Below are positions 39,117 through 48,310 of a DNA stretch of 64,000 nt, piece after piece. The position numbers and the translations under genes were made by a program. Below the pieces are notes generated by a model. It was not told where the DNA came from, searched no databases, and saw nothing but the letters and a program-made list of their open reading frames with translations. Origin of the DNA: a bacterium (GTDB taxonomy: Bacteria > Patescibacteriota > Minisyncoccia > Phycocordibacterales > UBA12079); contig JAGYLJ010000001.1 of the NCBI GenBank assembly GCA_018401295.1, forward strand, positions 27,901-91,900, in the 5' to 3' direction. How positions within the stretch are numbered: position 1 is the first letter of the stretch; the number at the start of each line of letters is the position of its first letter.

Positions 39117-39139
39117 GTAAAAGAAATTAGAATGTAGAC

Positions 39140-40894
39140 TTAATTAATAATTTCTTTTAGTTTTCTAACCAAGAGATTTTTCCTTTCAGAGATAAATTCT
39201 TCAAAATTATTGAATTCCAATATATTAGGAATCAGATGATTTTCGCAGAATTTTTCAATACTGATATTTTGTTTTTCACTTTCTTGTTTTGCCCAATCTT
39301 TAAGATTCGTCTGTTGTTTAGATTCATTTTCATTTGCATCCAAAAGTTGGAGATTAAGTATGCTATTGTTATTTTCTTTATCTAAATAAAATTCAAATTT
39401 ATCTTCGGGAATATTGTTATTGTCCAAATCAAGTTTTTTGAATGTTGAAATGGGATGTAAGTGGTCTTTATGGAAATCTCCATTTTTATAATCAAGATCA
39501 GGATAAAGTAATGATAGGATAGAAAATGACAGGTCAGTATCTTTTTGGATTTTTAATAGATTATTGATGTACTCATCATCAATGGTCATGTTTTTTGTGG
39601 TTCCTTTTAATTTTTCTTGGATTTTTTTAATCGGAAATAAATTGAGGTTTTCCTCAATAGGGTATTTGTTAATGTTATTAGTGAAAACACTTCTGATTAG
39701 TGACAATATTTGGTCTGCTTGTCCTCCAAATATTCTTTTTACTAGAGCAACATTTAACCATCTCTTGATAATTGTTCTATCTTCGGTAAATTCTACTTTT
39801 GACGTAAAGCCATCAGTAATATTTCTGTGGTATAAGTAATATATTATCGGCATTAAAGCATTTTTAGAAGTAAGATTTGAATCAACAAAACCGAAATCTC
39901 TAATTAGATCAAAAGTTTTATGTATTGCTTGGCTTATTTTATTCCACTCTTTCTCAAAATTTATTGCATTTTCCTTGCTAAAATTAGTTACCCTAAATTT
40001 GATATCTTTACTGTGCAATAAAAGAAAAGTTTTTAATATAAAATCTTTTTTTATGAAATAACCTTTATCTCTAATTTCATCAACTAGTTTATGGATCTCT
40101 TTTCTTGCATCTTTTTCCTCCCAATTTGCGACTGCTATCGACATCACAAGATCTGAAAAATTAAGTGGTTCTCCTCCGCTGTTAATTCTTATAAAAATAT
40201 TTGATGCTTTATCTATATCTTGTTCTTTTTCTAAAAAATAATTGATTATGGAATCAGAGTGAATTGTTTTTTGTAATTTAGAGAGCGTTTCGTAAGTAAA
40301 TTTATTGTTTTTATATTGATGTTCATCTAGAAACTCATTGAAACTTAGAATATCTCTAAATTTTAAAATTTGGTTAATCTTAAACCATTTGAGGGGATCG
40401 TCAGTATATTCATCTAATGTTAGAAATTTAAATTCATAGATTCTGCCATCCTCCTCATCTTCTAAGGGACTTTGAATATTTAAATAAAGATGGCGTGTGG
40501 GAAGAGCATGTTCTGTATCTTCTCTTCGAAATCTTGGTTTTTTGTAGGCATAACTACCTTTTAAACCTATATACAATGAAGTTAAACGCTGTTGTCCATC
40601 TAAAATAGCAGTAAAGTCAGGTAACCCCACTGTGTTAATTTCTTCGTTATGTGTTCTAAATCCTTCTCTGTATTCTTTTAAAAATTTATAAAATTTATAT
40701 GAATTTGTAGTATTTCCCTCAACCATCCAAAACAAAAAAGAGCTTATTGGGTAGTTTCTCATTATGGAATCAAAAAGCCACTCAATTTTACTGTGTTCCC
40801 ATTCAAACTCTCTTTGAATTGCAGGGAGTAAATATTTATTATTTTCTATATTTTTTATTGCCTCAAAAATTGTGATTGGTGTTTGAAATGACAT
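39140..40894 (-). CDS. gmrSD: GmrSD-family (DUF262 + HNH) modification-dependent restriction endonuclease
   Basis: LPAIQREFEW, LDGQQRLT, IF.RINSGG.PL and DHLHP...NLQLL...N motifs. Confidence 0.85.
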   Translation of the reverse strand: MSFQTPITIFEAIKNIENNKYLLPAIQREFEWEHSKIEWLFDSIMRNYPISSFLFWMVEGNTTNSYKFYKFLKEYREGFRTHNEEINTVGLPDFTAILDGQQRLTSLYIGLKGSYAYKKPRFRREDTEHALPTRHLYLNIQSPLEDEEDGRIYEFKFLTLDEYTDDPLKWFKINQILKFRDILSFNEFLDEHQYKNNKFTYETLSKLQKTIHSDSIINYFLEKEQDIDKASNIFIRINSGGEPLNFSDLVMSIAVANWEEKDARKEIHKLVDEIRDKGYFIKKDFILKTFLLLHSKDIKFRVTNFSKENAINFEKEWNKISQAIHKTFDLIRDFGFVDSNLTSKNALMPIIYYLYHRNITDGFTSKVEFTEDRTIIKRWLNVALVKRIFGGQADQILSLIRSVFTNNINKYPIEENLNLFPIKKIQEKLKGTTKNMTIDDEYINNLLKIQKDTDLSFSILSLLYPDLDYKNGDFHKDHLHPISTFKKLDLDNNNIPEDKFEFYLDKENNNSILNLQLLDANENESKQQTNLKDWAKQESEKQNISIEKFCENHLIPNILEFNNFEEFISERKNLLVRKLKEIIN

Positions 40895-40994
40895 AATGAT
40901 ATTTTCATAGATTAAAGATTAAACACCCAAACTAAAAAAGGTCGAAATAATGACCTTAGATTTTGACAGGAATAAATTTTTTTCTCCATAATAT

Positions 40995-41170
40995 TCTAGC
41001 GGGTTTTAAAATGGAAGAAGTCTTTTGAATACCAAAAGGCTTCCCGCCATTGCGATGAACCGAAGCTCACCCATACAGATTTCTCCATATGACCCGCTAG
41101 AGTGACTTTGGACGAGAAGCCTTTTAGACTCTAGCGGGATTTTCACCATACCTTTTGAAATTCAAAAGGG
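40995..41170. other. Multi-hairpin structured intergenic region (possible ncRNA/leader)
   Basis: Three mutually complementary TCTAGCGGG/CCCGCTAGA copies plus gaagtcttttg/caaaaggcttc and ccttttgaa/ttcaaaagg stems. Confidence 0.5.
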
Positions 41171-41333
41171 TTAGGCTACTTATATTTAATTGTTAATGAA
41201 TATAATATCAAATATTCTGATATTATTCTATACCCTAACTTAAAGGAGGGAATTTGTGAAGCGATAGTTACCTACTTCTTACCAACTTATATAAATGCTG
41301 GACTTTAAAATTCATTGCGTCATTAATAGAGTT

Positions 41334-42674
41334 ATGGAAAATGTTGCAATAAACCCGCTAGAAGTGACTTTGATTAGAGATACTATACAATCTCCAAAGT
41401 ACTGTTTATACGCCCGTAAATCAACAGAACAGGACGAATTACAAGCTCTTTCGATTGATTCTCAAATCAAAGAGATGACAGATATGGCGGTGAAAGAAGA
41501 GCTTGATATTGTTGAGATTAGAAAAGAAAGTCACTCAGCTAAAGATTCAGGGAGCAGACCTGTTTTTAATCAATTAATTGAAGATATAAAATTAGGAAAA
41601 TTTACGGGGATAATTTGTTGGGCACCTGATAGGTTGAGCAGAAATGCTGGAGATTTAGGACGGGTGGTAGATTTAATGGATCAAGGATTTTTGGTAGATA
41701 TCAGAACTCACGGACAAAGATTTACTAATAATCCAAATGAAAAGTTTTTGTTAATGATTTTAGGAAGTCAGGCAAAACTTGAAAATGATCATAAAGGAGA
41801 AAATGTAAAGAGAGGATTGAGAGCAAAATGTGAGCAAGGTTGGCGACCAGGAGTTTCTCCTGTTGGGTATATTCATGATAAGTATTTAGATAAAGGACAA
41901 AAGAAAGTATTTATTGATGAAGAAAAAGCCCCTGTCATTAAAGAAATGTTCGAAAAAGTGGCTTACGAAAAATATAGTGGGAGAGATGTTTATGTTTGGT
42001 TAGTAAAAGAAAAAGATTTCAGAACTAAAAATGATAAGAGATTAGCTTTGAGTAGAATTTATAAGATTTTCAGTGACACATATTATTATGGTGAGTTTGA
42101 ATATCCTGTGGGAAGTGAAAATTGGTATCAAGGTAAACATGATCCAATCATAACAAAAGAGTTATTTTTGAAAGCCAAAGCAAATTTACAAACTCCACCT
42201 AAACGATACCCTGGAACTAAAGAATTTGATTTTACTCAATTAATGTTTTGTGGAAATTGTGGTTCAGGAATATCTGCGGAAGAAAAATTTAAACATCAGA
42301 AGAATGGAAATACTCATCGTTATGTTTACTATCATTGTTCAAGAGGTAAAGATAGATTTTGTAAAGAGAAAGCTATAAGAGAGGAAGAACTCATTAAACA
42401 ATTAATTCAAATGATAGATAAAATAGATATTGATGAAATTAGTGCTCAAGGCAAAATTAAAAAAGAAGTTATGAGATTTAGAAAATTCAGTTATGGAGTA
42501 TTTGGACAAGAAACAGAATTTGATAAAAGACCAATCGAAGCAGATATTCGAAACTATGCAAAGTATATTCTTACAGATGGCACAAAAGACGATAAAAGAG
42601 AGTTGCTGGGGTGTTTAAGAAGTAGGTTGGAAATAAGAGAGAAGAGAGTGCTTTTGTCCCCAAACAATCAATAA
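41334..42674 (+). CDS. Large serine recombinase (resolvase + recombinase + zinc ribbon)
   Basis: YARKS, SIDSQ, DRLSRN, P.GY, H.PII, CGNCG and YYHC motifs. ATG41334 preferred. Confidence 0.92.
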   Translation: MENVAINPLEVTLIRDTIQSPKYCLYARKSTEQDELQALSIDSQIKEMTDMAVKEELDIVEIRKESHSAKDSGSRPVFNQLIEDIKLGKFTGIICWAPDRLSRNAGDLGRVVDLMDQGFLVDIRTHGQRFTNNPNEKFLLMILGSQAKLENDHKGENVKRGLRAKCEQGWRPGVSPVGYIHDKYLDKGQKKVFIDEEKAPVIKEMFEKVAYEKYSGRDVYVWLVKEKDFRTKNDKRLALSRIYKIFSDTYYYGEFEYPVGSENWYQGKHDPIITKELFLKAKANLQTPPKRYPGTKEFDFTQLMFCGNCGSGISAEEKFKHQKNGNTHRYVYYHCSRGKDRFCKEKAIREEELIKQLIQMIDKIDIDEISAQGKIKKEVMRFRKFSYGVFGQETEFDKRPIEADIRNYAKYILTDGTKDDKRELLGCLRSRLEIREKRVLLSPNNQ

Positions 42675-42796
42675 TACTGTTTTTAATAAATAGATAAAAT
42701 ACCATTATTTTATAACAATTTATATCAATATAACTTATGTTAACCTATGAAGTATTGACTTTGTATTTAAGACGCGATAGAATGCTTATTAATAAT

Positions 42797-44482
42797 ATGA
42801 GAAAAGACATAAAAGCTAAATTAAAAGAAATGCCAGAACTGCTTACTATTGGGCAAGTAGCAGAGGTTTTTTCTATTCACCCCGACACCCTTAGAAATTG
42901 GGAAAAAGAAGGGATTTTAGTTCCAATGAGAGTTGGGACAAGAAAAGATAGAAAATACCGCCCACAAGACATTGAAGCGGTCATGGATAAAATGGGTAGC
43001 AAACTTACTCTTCCCCAACTAGAGCAATTTCTTTGGAAGAGTGCTGACATTCTTCGTGGAAAGATTGATGGTTCTGATTACAAAAAATATATTTTTGGAC
43101 TTTTATTTTTCAAAAGGATCAGTGATGTTTGGGATGAAGAATATGAAAAAATAAAAAAAGAATATGGAGATGAAAAAATTGCCAAAGCAGATTATAACCA
43201 CCGTTTTCAAGTTCCAAAAGAATGTCGTTGGTCTGTTATAGAAGAAAAGGCAGAAAACATCGGGCAAAAACTTAATGAAATTTTTGATAAATTGGCAAAC
43301 GCTAACAGTCCGAAGCTTGATAAAATTTTTAATGATTTAGATTTTGCTAACAAAGATCGTTTCCCTAATGAAACCACTCAAAGATTGATAAATCATTTTT
43401 CTCAATATAATTTCGGTGATACTTATATCAGTTCAGACCTGTTAGGTGATGCTTACGAATATCTTATCAAGCAATTCGCAGCCGATGCAGGAAAGAAAGG
43501 GGGTGAGTTTTATACTCCGCGAGAAGTTGAGCGAGTGATTATCCAAATTCTAAAACCTCACAAAAAAGACCATGTTTATGATCCTACTGCAGGATCAGGT
43601 GGTTTCTTACTTGAAGCTTTTCATTATCTAAAAGAAAAAGTAGATGAATCTATAGCTCGAACTCTTTATTTAAACGGACAAGAGTTAAATATAGGAACTT
43701 TTGCGATCGCAAAGATAAATATGTTTTTGCACGGATTAGATGGAGCGGATATCAGACGAGGCGATACTTTGGCGAATCCTCAATTTTTAAATCCAAATGG
43801 AAGTTTGCAAACTTTCGATATCGTAGTTGCAAATTTCCCTTACTCAATAAAAGAGTGGGAATATGAAATTTTTAAGTCTAATAAATATGGACGAATTGAT
43901 GGTTATGAAATGCCACCAAACAAAAATGCTGATTTTGCTTTTATTTTACATATTATAAAATCAATGAATTCAAATGGAAGGGCTGGTGTAGTTGTACCTC
44001 ATGGAGTACTTTTCAAAACAGATGCATCAAAAAGAATTCGTGAACAAATTTTAAAAAATGATTTAATTGAAGCTATTATCGGTATGCCATCAAAATTATT
44101 TTATGGAGTTGGTATCCCAGTAGTAATAATTATTTTCAATAAAAATAAACCAGAAGAAAGAAAAAATAAAGTTTTAATTATTAATGCTGAGAAAGATTAT
44201 TCAGAAGGAAAAAATCAAAATTCTCTACGAGTAAAAGATATTGAAAAGATAGTTAAAACATATGATAAATATGAAGATGTAGAAAATTATGCTCGTGTGG
44301 TTGATATAAAAGAAATCGAAGAAAACGATTTTAATCTAAATGTTAGCCGTTATATTGAAAATGGAGAAAAAGAAGAAAAAATTGATGTTTCTATTGTTAA
44401 AAAAGAATTAAATGAGTTAGAAAAAGAAAGAGAAAAAATTGATAAAAAAGTTGAGGGTTATTTAAAAGAATTAAAGTATTAA
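42797..44482 (+). CDS. hsdM: Type I R-M methyltransferase HsdM with N-terminal MerR-type HTH
   Basis: LTIGQVAEVFSIHPDTLRNWEKEG...RKY (MerR HTH); LWKSADILRG, GEFYTP, YDPTAGSGG and atypical NFPY. Confidence 0.9.
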   Translation: MRKDIKAKLKEMPELLTIGQVAEVFSIHPDTLRNWEKEGILVPMRVGTRKDRKYRPQDIEAVMDKMGSKLTLPQLEQFLWKSADILRGKIDGSDYKKYIFGLLFFKRISDVWDEEYEKIKKEYGDEKIAKADYNHRFQVPKECRWSVIEEKAENIGQKLNEIFDKLANANSPKLDKIFNDLDFANKDRFPNETTQRLINHFSQYNFGDTYISSDLLGDAYEYLIKQFAADAGKKGGEFYTPREVERVIIQILKPHKKDHVYDPTAGSGGFLLEAFHYLKEKVDESIARTLYLNGQELNIGTFAIAKINMFLHGLDGADIRRGDTLANPQFLNPNGSLQTFDIVVANFPYSIKEWEYEIFKSNKYGRIDGYEMPPNKNADFAFILHIIKSMNSNGRAGVVVPHGVLFKTDASKRIREQILKNDLIEAIIGMPSKLFYGVGIPVVIIIFNKNKPEERKNKVLIINAEKDYSEGKNQNSLRVKDIEKIVKTYDKYEDVENYARVVDIKEIEENDFNLNVSRYIENGEKEEKIDVSIVKKELNELEKEREKIDKKVEGYLKELKY

Positions 44483-44483
44483 T

Positions 44484-45272
44484 ATGATATTTAATGTACA
44501 AAAAATAATAGAAAATCTTTCTTTAAAGTTTGGTTTTCGTTTTGAAAGAATAAATTCTTCTAATACAAAAAATGTAAATAAAATAAAAGAGTCTACTATT
44601 GGAAGCATTCAACAAGCTAATAACATTAACAATGATATGAGAAGTTTCGCTGGATCTGAAGATTATGTTTCTGATATTGAGCTTAATATTCTTAAAGAAC
44701 TTTACTTAATGTTTAGAGAGAGTAAAAAATATGTTCGTATACCAGTAATAGAAATGCACAATAAACTTGGTATTTCTGAGGGTGATTATGTGGGAACAGT
44801 AAATAATAGTAATTTTATTAATATTGATAATAATGATTATGTCATTAAGGAGGCCGGAATTAGGTTTATGGATAATTATGCTAGAAATAATAAACCAGAG
44901 ATAGATATTACTAGTTTAGCTCATTCTGGAAGTTATAGAGGACAAGAATTGACAGGTTTACGTTTAATAAATAACGGATCAGGTGTAGCAATTGGAATTG
45001 ATTGTTACCTTTGTGCCGATGATTTGGAAAGTATAAAGTTTGCAAGAGTAGAAAGACTTAGCCCAGGCGAAGAATCAAGAAACTCTTTAGGATTTAGATA
45101 CTCTGATACTTCGTTCTCCACACAGTCATTAGAAAACCTAAGAATTGTTTTTGAATATAAAAATCGAGATGGGTTTAAATTTACTTCGGGGAGATATTTG
45201 AGTCAAACGAAAAGAGCTGATGGAAATTATAATATAAATAATTCTCCTTTAGGTGTTTACTTTAAAATGTAA
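44484..45272 (+). CDS. Hypothetical protein inserted in the hsd operon
   Basis: 262-aa ORF coupled to hsdM; possible wHTH followed by a beta-rich domain. Confidence 0.65.
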   Translation: MIFNVQKIIENLSLKFGFRFERINSSNTKNVNKIKESTIGSIQQANNINNDMRSFAGSEDYVSDIELNILKELYLMFRESKKYVRIPVIEMHNKLGISEGDYVGTVNNSNFINIDNNDYVIKEAGIRFMDNYARNNKPEIDITSLAHSGSYRGQELTGLRLINNGSGVAIGIDCYLCADDLESIKFARVERLSPGEESRNSLGFRYSDTSFSTQSLENLRIVFEYKNRDGFKFTSGRYLSQTKRADGNYNINNSPLGVYFKM

Positions 45273-45273
45273 A

Positions 45274-46164
45274 ATGGAACTATATATAAACACATTGAAA
45301 TATTTTAGGTTAGCGATAGCTGAATTTACTCCCACATTGAAAGGTCTGTATTCAAATACCAAAGATCCTCTTCTTAAAGAAGAACTAAATGATTTACTTG
45401 AAATATATGACGATATTGCAACAAAAATAGATAGATATAATTTAAATTATGATGACCCTAATCGTTTTTATGATGGAGAACCAGATGATATCGATTTTCC
45501 TATAGAGAAAGCTATGATCGAAGATCTCTCTTGCTTAAGTCTTAGGCTTCTTAATTCCTGGAAAGAAAAACTTACTAAATTGAATAATAAAAAATACTTA
45601 ACAGAAAAAAATAAAGAAGAGAAAAACAAGTTAGAAAAACTTATCTGGCCACTTGAAGCAATAGCCAAAAGTAGCAGTTCTGTAATTGGTCGTTGTTCAA
45701 AGAAAGGCCCTCTTGTATTCCCTGGCGAGAATACCTTCGCAAAAGAAAATATAGAAGATAATAATTTAGATATTATTATGTTTCCAGTTTCTTTATTGTC
45801 AAAATTACCAAAAGATTTATCTTTATTGTGTAATGAGTTTAATTTTTGCTATAAGAATCAAAAAAATAATGCAGGAATTCTTTTGTTAAGAAAAATTTTA
45901 CCTTTTTCGATAGTAAGAAAATTTCAAATAGAAAATAAAGAAAATGAAATAAAAGATTCAAAGGGTGATTATTTGGAAACTAAGAGTTTGTTAGGCAATG
46001 TGGAGAAGCTTTTAAGCAACAAAAGGATTTTTAAAGAAATTAGTAATAGCAAGATATTACTAGATAGTTCTCAGCATTCTTATACATTAACTGTTGATTA
46101 TACGGATGTTCAAGGAGTGGCTCTTAATTTAAGAGTATTTCTTGATGACATTTTTAATTCTTAA
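45274..46164 (+). CDS. Hypothetical protein inserted in the hsd operon; C-terminus weakly HEPN/DUF4145-like
   Basis: EFN.CY....NAGILLLRKIL...SQH. ATG45274 preferred. Confidence 0.6.
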   Translation: MELYINTLKYFRLAIAEFTPTLKGLYSNTKDPLLKEELNDLLEIYDDIATKIDRYNLNYDDPNRFYDGEPDDIDFPIEKAMIEDLSCLSLRLLNSWKEKLTKLNNKKYLTEKNKEEKNKLEKLIWPLEAIAKSSSSVIGRCSKKGPLVFPGENTFAKENIEDNNLDIIMFPVSLLSKLPKDLSLLCNEFNFCYKNQKNNAGILLLRKILPFSIVRKFQIENKENEIKDSKGDYLETKSLLGNVEKLLSNKRIFKEISNSKILLDSSQHSYTLTVDYTDVQGVALNLRVFLDDIFNS

Positions 46165-46166
46165 TT

Positions 46167-47312
46167 ATGAAAACCAAACAAATACAAAAGAATATTCCAA
46201 AAGGTTGGGAGCCAAAAACTATAAATGATATTTGTGAGAATTTAGATAATTTAAGAAAACCTGTAACAAAATCAGAAAGAGATCCTGGTTCGATTCCTTA
46301 TTATGGGGCAACAGGGATTGTTGATTATGTAAAAGATTTTATTTTTAATGAAAAACTTTTACTTGTTGGAGAAGACGGGGCTGATTGGTCTAAATTTGCA
46401 GATTCTTCTTATATTATAGAAGGAAAAAGTTGGGTAAATAATCACGCTCATGTTTTAAGATGTAAAAAAGCAAATATTTATTTTGTAAAAGAGTTTTTAA
46501 ATTACAACAATCTTGGAAATTATATAACAGGGACAACAAGAGGAAAATTAAACAAACAAGCTTTGATGTCTTTAAAATTAATTTTTCCTCCAATTAACGA
46601 ACAAAAAAAGATTGCGGAGATTTTGGAAACTGTTGATAAAGAAATAGAAAAAACTGATGAGATTATAGAAAAAACAGAAAAGTTGAAGAAAGGGTTAATG
46701 CAAAAACTTTTTGAGAAAAAGAATGGTTGGAAAGAAGTTAGTTTAAAGAAAGTAACAGAAAAAATAGGAGATGGTTTACATGGAACACCGAATTATTCTT
46801 TTGATTCAGAATTTTATTTTATTAATGGGAATAATTTATCTGACAGGCAAATAAATATATATCCAGAAACAAAAAGAATTTCTGAAGAAGAATATCTTTT
46901 TCACAAAAAAGATTTGAATAAAAAATCAATACTTTTATCTATTAACGGAACGATTGGAAATATAGGTTTCTACAATAATGAGAAAGTAGCCTTAGGTAAA
47001 AGCGCATGTTATATCAATTGCAAAAAAGATATCATTAAAGAATTTATAGCATATCAATTGGAGAGTCGCAGGATCGTTGATTATTTTACAAAAAGTTTGA
47101 CAGGAACAACAATTAAAAATTTATCACTTACTACGATCAGGCAAACACCTATCTTAAAACCAAGTACTGAAGAACAACAAAAAATTGCAGAAATTCTTTC
47201 AGCTGTCGATGAAAAGATTTCATTTAATAAAAAATTAAAAGAAAAACTAACTCAACTAAAAAAAGGTCTAATGCAGGATCTTTTAAGTGGTGAGGTTAGG
47301 GTTAATATTTAG
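46167..47312 (+). CDS. hsdS: Type I R-M specificity subunit
   Basis: IPKGW, two TRDs each followed by P...EQ.KIAEIL and LKKGLMQ.L. Confidence 0.93.
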   Translation: MKTKQIQKNIPKGWEPKTINDICENLDNLRKPVTKSERDPGSIPYYGATGIVDYVKDFIFNEKLLLVGEDGADWSKFADSSYIIEGKSWVNNHAHVLRCKKANIYFVKEFLNYNNLGNYITGTTRGKLNKQALMSLKLIFPPINEQKKIAEILETVDKEIEKTDEIIEKTEKLKKGLMQKLFEKKNGWKEVSLKKVTEKIGDGLHGTPNYSFDSEFYFINGNNLSDRQINIYPETKRISEEEYLFHKKDLNKKSILLSINGTIGNIGFYNNEKVALGKSACYINCKKDIIKEFIAYQLESRRIVDYFTKSLTGTTIKNLSLTTIRQTPILKPSTEEQQKIAEILSAVDEKISFNKKLKEKLTQLKKGLMQDLLSGEVRVNI

Positions 47313-47318
47313 AATATT

Positions 47319-48296
47319 ATGAATGATTATTTAAAAATAGATGAAATAACAAAAAGAATAAAATTAAATGAAACTAATGAATCTATTAGACTTTTCGGTG
47401 AGTTAATAGACAGCATTCCTGCTAATTCGACATATATTAATTGGGATCATCGATGGATAAAATCAGTTTATGACTTAGGAAAAGTTTTTGAGACAAAGAA
47501 CCCAGAAGTTTATTTGTCTAAGATAAATAGTTCTTTGGCAGAATTTAGTAATAAAAAAGAAGTCATTCATTTTATACAGTCTGAAATTATTTTTAATTAT
47601 TTTTCAGAAGACCAGACTTTTGTAAGAGAATCTTTAAAAGAATTAAAAAATAATTATCCGACTAATCCTGAGTTTTGTCATAATTATTCTCATGTATTAG
47701 ATAATGATGGTGGACATAAAGAATCTTTAAAATTACTTGAGCATTGTATAAAAATTGATCCTTGTGACCGATTTGTCTACACCTATATTAATAGGGTCAG
47801 AAATACTTTTAATAAATTTTTATCAAAAAATCAAATAAGTGAAGGTGAAGTTATTTTAAAAAATGCTAACAAACTTTTTGATTCAATGTCTTTGGCTAAT
47901 AAATTTCCAATTTATTCAAATGTGTTAGCTCAATTTCGTGATAGGTTAGAGGATCATAAGACTATACAGAACAAAATTTCTAAAATTGATGGAATTATAT
48001 CAAGAAGAACTGAATCTTTAAGAAACCGTTTTATTTCCATGATAGGTGTTTTTGCCGCTATTATAGCTTTCATCTTAACCTCGGTTAATATAGCAATTTC
48101 CAACCTTGATATAAAAGATATAATGCTGTTAATGTTAACCATGGCAGATGTTTTGATAATTTTTGCCCTTAGTCTTGATTATATATTTTATATAAGAAGA
48201 AAAGGAAAGTCATTTTTTAGTTTTTTAGAAGATAAACAGTTTTGGGGTATTATTATTTTGTTAATTTTATTATATATACTATATAAAACGGTTTAG
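47319..48296 (+). CDS. Helical-repeat (TPR-like) protein with three C-terminal TM helices, inserted between hsdS and hsdR
   Basis: YPTNPEF...Y and CIKIDP TPR-like segments; hydrophobic C-terminus. Confidence 0.65.
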   Translation: MNDYLKIDEITKRIKLNETNESIRLFGELIDSIPANSTYINWDHRWIKSVYDLGKVFETKNPEVYLSKINSSLAEFSNKKEVIHFIQSEIIFNYFSEDQTFVRESLKELKNNYPTNPEFCHNYSHVLDNDGGHKESLKLLEHCIKIDPCDRFVYTYINRVRNTFNKFLSKNQISEGEVILKNANKLFDSMSLANKFPIYSNVLAQFRDRLEDHKTIQNKISKIDGIISRRTESLRNRFISMIGVFAAIIAFILTSVNIAISNLDIKDIMLLMLTMADVLIIFALSLDYIFYIRRKGKSFFSFLEDKQFWGIIILLILLYILYKTV

Positions 48297-48310
48297 AAAT
48301 AATTAAATAT

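Noticed and set aside
34279..42674. Complete prophage
   Set aside because: No recognisable portal, capsid, tail, lysis or replication genes between the att repeats.
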